DNA of 64,000 bases from an uncultured Alphaproteobacteria bacterium (GCA_902537215.1 CACBAM010000001.1:121100-185099), one strand, 5' to 3'. Shown: positions 36,004 to 47,539, counted from the stretch's first letter. Numbers and translations: made by a program. Notes: generated by a model not told the origin, from the sequence alone.

Positions 36004-37476
36004 GTGTATTTTATGCCAATAGAGTTTTTGATATTTTTAACAATTTTTACCCCGGCATTAGTAGGGGGGTTAAATTTAATTTTTATTAAAAAACCAAATG
36101 TCAGGGATACCGTTACTCTACTAGGCGCACTGATAACATTTTATTTTAGTTTAATTATTTTTCTTGGCTTTGAGGGACAGGCAACACAATATAAACTAAC
36201 AACAATAATGCCAGGGATTGATATTTCCTTTCATATCGAGCCTCTGGGTATTATATTCTCATTGTTAGCCTCAGGGCTTTGGATACTTACTCATATTTAT
36301 GCGATTGGATATATGAGAGGAGCAAAAGAGAAAAACCATTCGAGGTTCTTTTTCTTTTTTTCTTTGTCAATAGCCAGTGTTATGGGGATCTCATTCTCAG
36401 GTAATCTTTTCACCTTATTTCTATTTTATGAACTACTAACTCTCATTACTTTTCCATTAGTTTCTCATAAGGGTTCGACTGAAGCGTTGAGAGGAGCAAG
36501 AGTTTACCTATCAATATTATTAGGAACATCAATTGGACTACAGTTGCTCGGAATAATTTGGATTTATTTTTCCGTTGGTACGTTGGATTTTGTAAAAGGT
36601 GGAATATTAAATGGCTCCTTTGGATCATTAGAGTTAATACTCCTCGTTGGTTTGTTTGCTTTTGGGATCGGAAAAGCAGCTCTATTCCCGTTCCATAGGT
36701 GGTTACCCGCTGCAATGGTCGCTCCCACACCTGTCAGTGCTTTGCTGCATGCTGTTGCTGTGGTTAAAGCGGGCGTTTTTACAGTTCTTAAAGTTGGTGT
36801 TTACATATTTGGGGTAGAGAGTTTGTCAGTATCGGAGGCAACAGATTGGCTAACCTGGTTAGCTTGTTTTTCAATTTTATTCGCTTCTCTGATCGCAATG
36901 ACTAAAGATAATTTAAAAGCTAGACTCGCTTATTCTACTATTAGTCAATTGGCTTATGTCGTGCTTGCTTTCTCTCTTGCGAATAGTCTAGGCGTTCTAG
37001 GCGGAACTCTACAAATAGTCACCCATGCATTTGGAAAAATCACCTTATTTATGTGTGCTGGTTCTATTTATGTAGCAACCAAGAAAACAAATATAAGTGA
37101 TATGCAGGGATTGGGAAGGGTGATGCCAATTACGTTTTTAAGTTTTCTTGTAGGTGCCATATCGATAATTGGACTTCCTCCGATGGGTGGATCTTGGGCA
37201 AAATGGTTTTTAATATTGTCATCTCTTGAAGCAGACAAACAATTCGTTGTATTAGTCCTATTAATAAGTTCTCTCTTGAATATTGCTTATCTTTTGCCGT
37301 TAGTGGCAAAGGGCTTTTATCTTGACCCTATAGATCAAACAGAAATCAGAAGTTTTAAAGAACCGAGCGCACTTGTTTGGCTACCGCCTGCAATTACAGC
37401 TAGCATCTCATTCCTTTTGTTTTTTAACGTAAGCTATATAAGAGATTTTATGATTAATTTTGGTTTAGTGGGCTAA
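36004..37476 (+). CDS. mrpD: Mrp subunit D / NuoM-like antiporter subunit (copy 2)
   Basis: FPFHRWLPAAMVAPTPVSALLHA, RLAYSTISQLAYVV. 490 aa. Confidence 0.8.
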   Translation: MYFMPIEFLIFLTIFTPALVGGLNLIFIKKPNVRDTVTLLGALITFYFSLIIFLGFEGQATQYKLTTIMPGIDISFHIEPLGIIFSLLASGLWILTHIYAIGYMRGAKEKNHSRFFFFFSLSIASVMGISFSGNLFTLFLFYELLTLITFPLVSHKGSTEALRGARVYLSILLGTSIGLQLLGIIWIYFSVGTLDFVKGGILNGSFGSLELILLVGLFAFGIGKAALFPFHRWLPAAMVAPTPVSALLHAVAVVKAGVFTVLKVGVYIFGVESLSVSEATDWLTWLACFSILFASLIAMTKDNLKARLAYSTISQLAYVVLAFSLANSLGVLGGTLQIVTHAFGKITLFMCAGSIYVATKKTNISDMQGLGRVMPITFLSFLVGAISIIGLPPMGGSWAKWFLILSSLEADKQFVVLVLLISSLLNIAYLLPLVAKGFYLDPIDQTEIRSFKEPSALVWLPPAITASISFLLFFNVSYIRDFMINFGLVG

Positions 37477-37485
37477 GGTAAGTAA

Positions 37486-37776
37486 ATGAGATTTAATCCC
37501 TTCATATTTTTTGAGAAAGCTAGCCGACTTCGAGTTCTACTGTTTACATTTTTAATTCTGTGCTTTTGCTTATTCGTGACAGACTTTTTTGTTAAGAGAT
37601 ATATCTATTTTGAGATTGAGAGTACTTATAATTTTTATAGCATTTATGGTTTTATAATGTTTTCAATTATAATATTTGGATCACGATTACTAAGGTTGCT
37701 TTTGGGCAGGCCAGAAAATTTCTATGCCAAAAAAGCAGTGGACAATGAAGATTACCCAGGCAAGGAGGAAAAGTAA
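37486..37776 (+). CDS. small hypothetical membrane protein within the Mrp cluster
   Basis: 96 aa, two hydrophobic helices, tightly packed between antiporter subunits. No family recognised. Confidence 0.4.
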   Translation: MRFNPFIFFEKASRLRVLLFTFLILCFCLFVTDFFVKRYIYFEIESTYNFYSIYGFIMFSIIIFGSRLLRLLLGRPENFYAKKAVDNEDYPGKEEK

Positions 37777-39471
37777 ATGTTAGCAACACTTCCTCTCCCA
37801 TTTTACTTTTTGGTAGGAGGATTTATATCAATCTTTTTACCTAAAGGAACTGTAAAGTCTTCTTTTGTCTGCTTAGTTCCTGTTATAGCGCTGTTAGTGT
37901 TACTTAATGGGGGCTGGGAAGAGGGTTTTAAGATACAATTTTTGGGTCTTGAGCTGAATTTTATGAGGGTAGATAAGCTTTCCACCGTATTTGGAATTAT
38001 TTTTTGTATAGCTGCTTTTTTGGGTAATTTATTTGCATTCCATCTTCGAGAAAGTACACAGCCCTTTGTTGCTCTTATTTATTCAGGAGCAGCTATAGGA
38101 GCTGTTTTTGCGGGGGATCTTGTCACGCTTTTTGTTTATTGGGAGCTTACAGCTATTTCATCAGTATTTCTAATTTGGGCTCGGAAAACCGAAGGCGCTT
38201 ATCATTCCGGTATGCGGTACCTTATTATTCAAGTTTTGTCCGGAGTTGTGTTGCTTTTCGGAGTTGCTCTTTTTTACTATGAGACTGGATCAATATCGTT
38301 TGTAAAAATGGAGCTAAATAGTCTAGCTACAGCTTTAATTTTTATTGCTTTCGGCATAAAGTGTGCTTTTCCATTTCTGCATAATTGGCTTCAAGACAGC
38401 TATCCGTCGGCTACCATAACGGGGACCGTAATACTTTCTGCTTTTACTACAAAACTTGCGGTCTATGCTTTGGCGCGAGGATTCCCAGGAACAGAACTTC
38501 TTATTTATATTGGCGCTGCTATGACAGTATTTCCTATTTTCTATGCAGAGGTAGAGAATGATTTGAGAAAGGTATTAGCATATAGCCTGAATAATCAACT
38601 TGGTTTTATGGTTGTTGGTGTGGGTGTGGGAACGGAGTTAGCGCTTAATGGCACTGCGGCACATGCTTTCTCTCATATTTTGTATAAAGCTTTGCTCTTT
38701 ATGAGTGTTGGCGCTGTTCTTTTTAGAACGGGTACTTCTAGAGCATCGGAGTTAGGAGGGTTGTACAGAACTATGCCACTAACAGCAACCTTTTGCCTTA
38801 TTGGAGCGGCATCAATATCCGCGTTCCCTTTGTTTTCTGGATTTGTTAGCAAATCACTAATTATGAGTGGAGCAGGGAAAGAACACTATCAGATAATTTG
38901 GCTAATTCTTGTCTTTGCTTCTGCTGGAGTTTTGTCGCATTCTGGAATAAAAGTTCCCTACTTTACTTTTTTTCATCATGACTCAGGTAAAAGACCAGAA
39001 GAAGCGCCTATGCATATGCTGCTTGCAATGGGCTTAACCTCAATTCTTTGCATTTATATAGGTATTTTCCCAAATAACTTGTATGCGATAATGCCTTTTC
39101 AGGTGAAATATGACCCTTATACTTTTGAACACATTTTAACACAGTTGCAACTATTATGCTTTGCCATTCTAGCTTTCTTCATCTTAAGTAAAATGAAGCA
39201 ACTTCCATCTGAAACACGTGCGATAAACCTAGACTTCGATTGGACCTATCGAGTATTTCTACCATCTATAACAAGCAAGATATTATTATTTCTTGAAACA
39301 GTTGAACAAAAAGGATTGAGTGTCTTACACAAATCTTTGCTTTTGTTTCTTAATAAGGTTTATCACGTTTCTGGGCCAGAAGGTGTTATGACAAGAATAT
39401 TGACCTCGGGTACAATGGTTCTATTTATTGCCATTGTACTACTGATTGTTTTGGGAATTATTCTGTTTTAA
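37777..39471 (+). CDS. NuoL/MrpA-N-terminal-like antiporter subunit (copy 3)
   Basis: FPFLHNWLQDSY, VLAYSLNNQLGFMVVGVG. 564 aa with a C-terminal extension. Confidence 0.75.
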   Translation: MLATLPLPFYFLVGGFISIFLPKGTVKSSFVCLVPVIALLVLLNGGWEEGFKIQFLGLELNFMRVDKLSTVFGIIFCIAAFLGNLFAFHLRESTQPFVALIYSGAAIGAVFAGDLVTLFVYWELTAISSVFLIWARKTEGAYHSGMRYLIIQVLSGVVLLFGVALFYYETGSISFVKMELNSLATALIFIAFGIKCAFPFLHNWLQDSYPSATITGTVILSAFTTKLAVYALARGFPGTELLIYIGAAMTVFPIFYAEVENDLRKVLAYSLNNQLGFMVVGVGVGTELALNGTAAHAFSHILYKALLFMSVGAVLFRTGTSRASELGGLYRTMPLTATFCLIGAASISAFPLFSGFVSKSLIMSGAGKEHYQIIWLILVFASAGVLSHSGIKVPYFTFFHHDSGKRPEEAPMHMLLAMGLTSILCIYIGIFPNNLYAIMPFQVKYDPYTFEHILTQLQLLCFAILAFFILSKMKQLPSETRAINLDFDWTYRVFLPSITSKILLFLETVEQKGLSVLHKSLLLFLNKVYHVSGPEGVMTRILTSGTMVLFIAIVLLIVLGIILF

Positions 39472-40433
39472 TAAAATCTCTTTTTTTCTACCAAACCTAA
39501 GGGCTGCAGACCTTTTTTTATTCTCTCGATATTCATCAGAATAGATTTAATGGAACTTCTCAATCGTGTCGGAGCAGATATATGAGGAGTAACAGTCACT
39601 TTATCATGAGACCAAAAGGGGTGTTCTGGTGGCAAAGGCTCTTCGTTAAAGACGTCTAATGTACACCCAGAAAGCTTCCCACTATCAAGTGCTTTTAGAA
39701 GGTCATTGTCTTCGATTAATCCTCCTCTTCCCGCATTAATCAAAATTGCTCCAGGCTTAACTATCTTAAGCGAATCTGAGTTGATAATGGTTTTTGTTTT
39801 CTTTGTGAGTGGTAGTAGTAGTATTAAGTAATCGGAAGTGGAAAGTATTCTTGTCAAACCTTCTGGTCCTATCAATGATCGTACTCCCGTAATTTTTTTT
39901 TCTGTTGCAGACCAACCTGTTACCTTAAAATCAAGTTTCTGAAGTTTTTCAGCGGTGGCTGATCCCAGAGTCCCAAGGCCTAAGATCCCTATATCAATTT
40001 GATTTGCAAGTAACCTTTCTGTGTTGTGAGCTTTCCATTCTTTTTTTGCTGGCTTAATAAATTCATCAAGGTCAAGATGATACCTCAACACATGAGCTGT
40101 GCACCATTCGGCCATGCATTCTGTCATTTCTAAATCAATTAATTTTACCAACGGTTGCCGGATTGTTTTGTTTAAAAGCGTTTTTTCAACACCTGCAAAT
40201 ATAGAGAATATTACGGTATCAATTGGGAAAATGGAAAAATCGGCAATGTCACTATCATCAGAATATATTATTGCATTAATCTCAATACTTCTGGATATGT
40301 CTTCTACTATGTTATAGTTCAAAGACTGGGCTTCGATTTCTTCTGCAAGAGCCTTCTTGTATTCTGCTGTGTTAGATCCAGTTGAAATGAAAATATTCAA
40401 ATCAGAAGCCAATATTCTTATGTACGTGTGCAC
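39468..40433 (-). CDS. D-isomer-specific 2-hydroxyacid dehydrogenase (GhrA-like glyoxylate/hydroxypyruvate reductase)
   Basis: GILGLGTLGSATAEKL NAD motif, INAGRGGLI, TVTPHISA. The start is uncertain because it overlaps the rodA end. Confidence 0.75.
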   Translation of the reverse strand: MHTYIRILASDLNIFISTGSNTAEYKKALAEEIEAQSLNYNIVEDISRSIEINAIIYSDDSDIADFSIFPIDTVIFSIFAGVEKTLLNKTIRQPLVKLIDLEMTECMAEWCTAHVLRYHLDLDEFIKPAKKEWKAHNTERLLANQIDIGILGLGTLGSATAEKLQKLDFKVTGWSATEKKITGVRSLIGPEGLTRILSTSDYLILLLPLTKKTKTIINSDSLKIVKPGAILINAGRGGLIEDNDLLKALDSGKLSGCTLDVFNEEPLPPEHPFWSHDKVTVTPHISAPTRLRSSIKSILMNIERIKKGLQPLGLVEKKRFY

Positions 40434-41514
40434 TTTGAATTAGTCCAAAGCTCAACATAATTACAATCATTGAAGATCCTCCATAGGAAACTAGAGGTAA
40501 AGGGATACCCACAACTGGCAACAGGCCCATAACCATTGCTATATTTATAGAGAAATAAGTAAAAAAAGTCATGCAAAGACCTGTTATCAATAATCGAGAA
40601 TATTTGTCCGTAGTTGCTAATGCTGAAAAAATACAAAAAGCAACAATAAGGCTATATATGATAAGAAGACCAATTGTACCAAAAAACCCAAACTCCTCTG
40701 CCAGAGTAGTAAATATAAAATCGGTATGTTTCTCTGGTAAGAAATTAAGCTGACTTTGTGAGCCTTGCATGTAGCCGCGTCCAAAAAGGCCCCCCGAACC
40801 TAAGGCAATTTTTGATTGTGTAATGTGATAACCTGCTCCTAAAGGGTCTGCTGATGGGTCTAGAAACGTATCTATTCTTCTAAAGTGATAATCTTTAAGT
40901 AGCTGCCAATCTTTACCTCTACTCTGAAATAGGATAAAAAGTAGCGTAAAGAAGCTTAATCCTCCAAATAAAAAATATCCAAAATGTACCCCAGCAATGA
41001 ACATAACAAAAATACCTATCATAATGATGACCAATGCTGTGCCGAGGTCTGGCTGTCGAAAAACTATTAATGCTGGAATTATTATTAGTAAAAGTGGAAT
41101 TAAAACGTAAAACGGATGTGATACCTTACTGGCAGGAAGCTTATGATAATAATAAGCAAGGGCCATGACCATTGATATTTTGAAAGCTTCCGATGGCTGT
41201 AATTTTATTATTCTTAAATCCAACCACCTTTTTGCACCCATTCCCGTATCACCATAAAAATAGACAGCTATAAGTAATGCTAAACCTAGCAGATAGCAAA
41301 AAGGAGATATCTTCTGCCAAAAGGAAATACTAATTGCTGACATTACAAAGATTAATATGAAGCTTACAAAGAACCTATTTATTTGAGGTTTAGTCCAAGG
41401 CTCCCAACTCCCACCACTTACAGAATACAGCATCAAAAAACCAAATAAGGCCGTTGCGAGAATTAGGATCTGTAGTGGCCAATTAATGTAAATTATCTTT
41501 ATGAATGGGTTCAT
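40402..41514 (-). CDS. rodA: rod shape-determining protein RodA (SEDS family)
   Basis: FtsW/RodA/SpoVE motifs (QPSEAFK, LQPDLGTAL-like QPDLGTALV, PEKHTDFIF, GGSS). Downstream of mrdA. Confidence 0.9.
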   Translation of the reverse strand: MNPFIKIIYINWPLQILILATALFGFLMLYSVSGGSWEPWTKPQINRFFVSFILIFVMSAISISFWQKISPFCYLLGLALLIAVYFYGDTGMGAKRWLDLRIIKLQPSEAFKISMVMALAYYYHKLPASKVSHPFYVLIPLLLIIIPALIVFRQPDLGTALVIIMIGIFVMFIAGVHFGYFLFGGLSFFTLLFILFQSRGKDWQLLKDYHFRRIDTFLDPSADPLGAGYHITQSKIALGSGGLFGRGYMQGSQSQLNFLPEKHTDFIFTTLAEEFGFFGTIGLLIIYSLIVAFCIFSALATTDKYSRLLITGLCMTFFTYFSINIAMVMGLLPVVGIPLPLVSYGGSSMIVIMLSFGLIQSAHVHKNIGF

Positions 41515-41515
41515 C

Positions 41516-43453
41516 TCAAATATTTGGATTTATGTTAGATCTAGAATTTATTTTTTTTTCAATATCCATAAGCCTATTACGTGCCTCTAATTGTTGTTTT
41601 TCTGGATAAGCAGTGACAGGAGGAATACCGCCATAAAGTTGAAAAAGCATTATATCCCGCGCAATTGGAGCAGCTACCTTGGAACCACTTCCTCCATGCT
41701 CAACTACTACGCTTAGAGCATATTTAGGATTTTTAAATGGAGCAAAACATGTGAACAAAGCATGATCTCTCATTTTCCATGGCAAATCTTCATTTTTTAT
41801 CACGCCTTCCTCTCGCTCCTCTCGCGTTATTCTCCTTACTTGAGATGTACCTGTTTTACCTGCAATTAAGAAATTCTGATCAGTAGTTCTAAAATTAAAT
41901 GCTGTACCGTCTTTTTCATTTAAAACGTCAAACATCCCCTTTCTAATAGCAACTAGAGTACTTTCTTTTATTAATAGAGCTTTGGGGTTATCTGTGTTTT
42001 TATTAGAATTTTTAATAATGTTTGGGGTTACCTCTTTCCCAGATGCTAGTCTGGCCGTCATAACAGCTAACTGTAAAGGCGTTGCTAAGCTAAATCCTTG
42101 TCCGATGCCCACATTGAGAGTGTCTCCTACAAGCCAGCTGGTGCCAAATCTTTCCTTTTTCCACTTTTTTGTGGGTACAAAACCTCTACTTAAACCGGTC
42201 AATGGTAGATTGTATGCTTGACCAAGACCTAGCTGTCTTGCCATGTCCCCGATCCTTTTCACTCCGACTTTACGAGCAAGTTCATAAAAATAGACGTCGC
42301 ATGACTTTTGAATAGCTTCTTGGAGGGTAAGTTTACCGTGCCCACCCTTAAGCCAGCAGTGAAATTTTCTGCTTCCTAACTCATAGAATCCCGCACAAAA
42401 TATTTTATCATTTAATCCAATAAGCCCTAGTTCGAGAGCAGCTGCAGCTACTACCATTTTAAATGTTGAGCCTGGAGGATAGGCTCCAGAAGTAGCTTTG
42501 TTCAGTAGAGGTTTTCGCTCGTCATTCAGTAAAGCGTTCCAATCAGACTGCGATATTCCTAATACAAAGTTATTTGGATTATAGCTTGGGGTTGATACTA
42601 GTGATAATATATCTCCACTTATTATATCAATAAGAACCGATGAAGCGCTCATCCCCTTCAATCTTTCTGATGCAAACTTCTGAAGATTGGTTGCTATAGT
42701 CAGGTGTATGTTTTCTCCTGATTTACCTTGAGTTCTGTTTAGTTCTCTCATTACTCGTCCTGAGGCGTTAACCTCAACTTTACTGACACCTGCTCTTCCT
42801 CGTAAATGGGCCTCTAATTTTTTCTCGACCCCTACTTTCCCTATTTGAAATTTTGGGATTTGAAGAACTGGGTCAACTGGTTTCTCAGTATCGAGGTCTT
42901 TATCAGATATCGGTCCAACATAACCTACAATATGAGCGTAAGACTCGTATTCTTGGTAGTGGCGTGTTAACCCTACCTCTGGAATTATGCCTGGGAGACT
43001 TGGTAAATTTACTGATATGTGCGCAAAATCTTTCCATGTAAGGTTTTCGGCGACGGTTATCGGTATAAAAGAGCTTCTTTTTTTCATATCTTGCAATATT
43101 TTCTCTTGACGCTTTTGGTCTAACTCTATGATGCTTGCAAGTCTCTTCAATACTTTTCTAGGATCACCAGCTTGTTCTCTAATCAAAACTACCTTGTAAT
43201 TTTGTTCATTTAAGGCAATCGGCGTACCCAATCTATCAAAAATAAGCCCTCTTGAAGGAGGAATAAGTCTTAGGTTCACTCTATTGGCATCTGCTAGTAA
43301 CTTGTAATCCTCTGAGTCTTCAATTTGTAGTTTTCTGATATTCCATCCCAAAAGTGCTACCGTACTCGCTTTTAATAATCCAGCAAGCACTATCCGTCTA
43401 TGTACTCGCCTGACTAGCTTTGATTTTAAGGTTGTGTCTTTAAATTTTGACAT
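41516..43453 (-). CDS. mrdA: penicillin-binding protein 2 (elongasome transpeptidase)
   Basis: PBP dimerisation plus transpeptidase domains with STFK, KTGT. 645 aa. Lies in the mreBCD-mrdA-rodA cluster. Confidence 0.9.
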   Translation of the reverse strand: MSKFKDTTLKSKLVRRVHRRIVLAGLLKASTVALLGWNIRKLQIEDSEDYKLLADANRVNLRLIPPSRGLIFDRLGTPIALNEQNYKVVLIREQAGDPRKVLKRLASIIELDQKRQEKILQDMKKRSSFIPITVAENLTWKDFAHISVNLPSLPGIIPEVGLTRHYQEYESYAHIVGYVGPISDKDLDTEKPVDPVLQIPKFQIGKVGVEKKLEAHLRGRAGVSKVEVNASGRVMRELNRTQGKSGENIHLTIATNLQKFASERLKGMSASSVLIDIISGDILSLVSTPSYNPNNFVLGISQSDWNALLNDERKPLLNKATSGAYPPGSTFKMVVAAAALELGLIGLNDKIFCAGFYELGSRKFHCWLKGGHGKLTLQEAIQKSCDVYFYELARKVGVKRIGDMARQLGLGQAYNLPLTGLSRGFVPTKKWKKERFGTSWLVGDTLNVGIGQGFSLATPLQLAVMTARLASGKEVTPNIIKNSNKNTDNPKALLIKESTLVAIRKGMFDVLNEKDGTAFNFRTTDQNFLIAGKTGTSQVRRITREEREEGVIKNEDLPWKMRDHALFTCFAPFKNPKYALSVVVEHGGSGSKVAAPIARDIMLFQLYGGIPPVTAYPEKQQLEARNRLMDIEKKINSRSNINPNI

Positions 43454-43953
43454 TATCTTTTATTCGCTCTTACCAATTTATAAGGTATATCAAATAAGGG
43501 ATAACAAATTAAAGTAAAAATTGTCTGATTGACGATTGTAAGCAAGCTAAGTTTTGGTAAAAATAGTAAGTAGTGTAGGAAAAGATTGAGTGTTTGAACA
43601 AAAGAGAGCAAGATTAAAAATATCAAATAATGAATATAGAATGGTGACTGCTCTATTTGTCGTTTATAGCGTCTTATAATTACAACGCTCATAAACATCA
43701 GAATTGTGAATAGTCCGATAGGCTTCATATGTAAAACATCAGAAAAGATCAATAGTGTCAAAATTGCGTACAAGTTTATTACCTTTGGTCTATTTAGAGC
43801 AGAAGCAAAGATTAAACATAAAAAAAGATCTGGGTAAAATGAGTTTGTGTTGCTCAAACTCGTACTCGTTAATGCGGTAGGGAAAATAATTAATAAAAGT
43901 CCTAAAGCAAAAACAAGAGTATTAGTTAAAAGGTTCGATTGATAAAATTTCAT
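43453..43953 (-). CDS. mreD: rod shape-determining protein MreD
   Basis: 166-aa polytopic protein between mreC and mrdA. The call is mainly positional. Confidence 0.7.
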   Translation of the reverse strand: MKFYQSNLLTNTLVFALGLLLIIFPTALTSTSLSNTNSFYPDLFLCLIFASALNRPKVINLYAILTLLIFSDVLHMKPIGLFTILMFMSVVIIRRYKRQIEQSPFYIHYLIFLILLSFVQTLNLFLHYLLFLPKLSLLTIVNQTIFTLICYPLFDIPYKLVRANKR

Positions 43954-43962
43954 TTGCTAATA

Positions 43963-44823
43963 CTAAAAATTCTCCATTCCTACCAAGTCGGTCTCTTTCC
44001 AGTCCACAACTATTTTTTTTGTATTCAAAATTCGCAGAAATTCCAAAGACTCAAAATTAGCAACTGGCTTTACTCTCAACTTTTTTTTATTATCAATCAA
44101 GATAGTTCCTATAAGAATATCGGATGGGAAAACATTGCCGTCACCGGACGTGAATACCCTATCGCCAATATTAATAAGACCTTTTTCTTTAACAAACTCT
44201 AACAAAGGCCATGGACTATTATCTCCGATCATAAGACCTTTTTGGTTGCTTCGCTTTATCTTTATAGGTATTGCAGAGGAAATGTCTGTTAAAAATAATA
44301 CTCTAGCGACCTTCTGTCCAACCCCAGAAATTCTACCAACAAGCCCAAGCCCGTCTACCGCAGCAGAGCCATTTTTTATCCCATCCTTCGATCCAATATT
44401 TATTACCCCCGATTGATAAAAGGGACTACCACTGTCAGCCATTATTTCTCCTGTTACCCATATGAGATCTTCACTCAGCTTTACATTATTTAATGCTCTG
44501 AGCTGTGCATTTTTTTGTTCCAGCTGTAAGGCTTTTTCTTTCCAACCAGTCATATTCTGCAGATCTCTCTTAAGCTCTTTATTCTCTTCTAAAATTGATG
44601 AGTAAACTTCAAAATACCTGACAAAGTCCCCAACCACTTTAATAGGGTAGTTTAGAGGTATCGTTAGGGGGGAAACAAAATCAATGATTTTTGTTCTTAT
44701 TAACTCTGTCCTAGTATTATCTACTCGCCACAAAATAAAAATAAGAGTGAGGCATACAAATATAAAGGTGGTAATTGGTATGCTCCATGACTTATATCTA
44801 TGGGGTTTAGACTTATTAGCCAT
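43963..44823 (-). CDS. mreC: rod shape-determining protein MreC
   Basis: N-terminal TM, coiled-coil (LENKELKRDL), beta-barrel domains with VVTSG-like FTSGDGNVFP. Confidence 0.85.
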   Translation of the reverse strand: MANKSKPHRYKSWSIPITTFIFVCLTLIFILWRVDNTRTELIRTKIIDFVSPLTIPLNYPIKVVGDFVRYFEVYSSILEENKELKRDLQNMTGWKEKALQLEQKNAQLRALNNVKLSEDLIWVTGEIMADSGSPFYQSGVINIGSKDGIKNGSAAVDGLGLVGRISGVGQKVARVLFLTDISSAIPIKIKRSNQKGLMIGDNSPWPLLEFVKEKGLINIGDRVFTSGDGNVFPSDILIGTILIDNKKKLRVKPVANFESLEFLRILNTKKIVVDWKETDLVGMENF

Positions 44824-44843
44824 TTTCCTAAATAAATAAGCTT

Positions 44844-45893
<1,050 letters not shown>

Positions 45894-45960
45894 CTATAAT
45901 TTTTTATCACTTATATTAATTTATCAAAATTTATCAACTTTCAAATTTAACATTTGAAAA

Positions 45961-47403
45961 TTAGTCTCTACCAATTGAACTGTTTGTATCCGTCTGTATC
46001 TCTTTACCATCTTTCCAAATAGCATCAATTATATTTCCATCTTGGAACTTCATGACACCTTTTCCTTCTCTCTTACCATTAAGAAAGTAGCCCTCATATC
46101 TATCTCCGTTAGCATAGATGGCAATGCCTTTTCCACTCATCTCCCCAGATACCCAGTCTCCACTATATGAGAAGCCATCTTCCATTTCCATGCTTCCTTT
46201 TCCATGTCTTTGATTATTTTTAAATGTGCCTTTATAAACGGTACCGTTTGGAAATATTTCTTCTCCCTCTCCTTCTTGAATTCCGTTTTTCCACGTCCCT
46301 TTGTATACGTAACCATCCGAGTAAGTCATCGTTCCAAAACCGTTGTTTTTTCCACGGGAAAATTCACCCTCATACACTAATCCATTAGCATATTTCGCTA
46401 TACCTTTACCTTCAATAACTCCATTAACCCAAGAGCCCTCATACGAACCTCCATCACTGAAGAAAATTTTACCTATTCCATTTGGCTGATTATCTTTAAA
46501 ATTTCCCTCGTACTCAGACCCTGAAGAATATGTAATTTTACCAGATCCATTCATTTTCCCTAACAACCAATTCCCTTCATATCTGAATCCGTCTGGACCT
46601 GTAAGAATACCTTGTCCATGTCTTAGATCATCTTTGAAATTTCCATCATACTTTTCCCCAGTGGTGTAGATCGATACTCCTTTACCATTTCTCTTCCAGT
46701 TTACTATCCTACCTTCATATCTATCTCCATTTGACTGGATAAGTTTTCCAATTCCATTAATTTTTCCGTTTTTCCATTCTCCCTCGAGAACTACTCCATC
46801 TTTTGTAGTCAGTTTGCCAAACCCTTGCTGCAGACCTTTTTCCCAATTTCCTTCATAAGTAGATTTATCTGCATAAATTAATGTTCCGTTACCCTGTTTT
46901 TCGTTATTTTTCCAATTACCTTTAAAAATGGAACCATCTGAATAATTCATCTCTCCATAACCGTCTCGATTATTATTAGAGAATTTGCCTTTAAATATCG
47001 ATCCATCTGTCATAGAAAGCACACCATCTCCTTCCATTTTACCGTCTAGCCAGCTTCCTTCATATTTTGTTCCGTCCGAAAAAGTCATCGTTCCTTCTCC
47101 ATCGGGTACACCTTGCTCGAAAAAGCCTTCAAAAATTTGACCAGTTGGATACCTGGCAACTCCCTTTCCTTGGATCTGATCGTCTTTCCATTCTCCTTCA
47201 TATGTAAAACCATCCGGCATCGTATACTTTCCTAAACCATTTCTTAGACCGTTTTTAAACGATCCTTCATAAACGCTACCTTCATCATATTGTTTGACTT
47301 GATCTTGAGCTAAGGTTGCTGCTGGATTTTGCAATATAAATATCAAAACTACGATTGACCACAACTTCCCAGTATAAATTTTCAATAGAACCTCCGAGTA
47401 CAT
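45961..47403 (-). CDS. secreted MORN-repeat protein (~18-19 repeats)
   Basis: Signal-like N-terminus followed by iterated Y(E/K)G.(W/F)..G...G.G 23-aa units across the whole protein. Confidence 0.8.
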   Translation of the reverse strand: MYSEVLLKIYTGKLWSIVVLIFILQNPAATLAQDQVKQYDEGSVYEGSFKNGLRNGLGKYTMPDGFTYEGEWKDDQIQGKGVARYPTGQIFEGFFEQGVPDGEGTMTFSDGTKYEGSWLDGKMEGDGVLSMTDGSIFKGKFSNNNRDGYGEMNYSDGSIFKGNWKNNEKQGNGTLIYADKSTYEGNWEKGLQQGFGKLTTKDGVVLEGEWKNGKINGIGKLIQSNGDRYEGRIVNWKRNGKGVSIYTTGEKYDGNFKDDLRHGQGILTGPDGFRYEGNWLLGKMNGSGKITYSSGSEYEGNFKDNQPNGIGKIFFSDGGSYEGSWVNGVIEGKGIAKYANGLVYEGEFSRGKNNGFGTMTYSDGYVYKGTWKNGIQEGEGEEIFPNGTVYKGTFKNNQRHGKGSMEMEDGFSYSGDWVSGEMSGKGIAIYANGDRYEGYFLNGKREGKGVMKFQDGNIIDAIWKDGKEIQTDTNSSIGRD

Positions 47404-47539
47404 TTTTGCTTCTGAAGTTTCGATTTCAAACTGAAGGAAAACCCTTCAATACTTCTGCACATCATCAAAACTAGATAGACTTCGAGTGCCATTTTAACTA
47501 AAATTAGGAAAACAGCAAATTTATTTTGGATCGTTGGTG

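Noticed and set aside
45961-47403. MORN gene as a nucleotide-level tandem repeat or VNTR
   Set aside because: The periodicity is at the protein level. The 69-nt units are too diverged at the DNA level to call a DNA tandem repeat.
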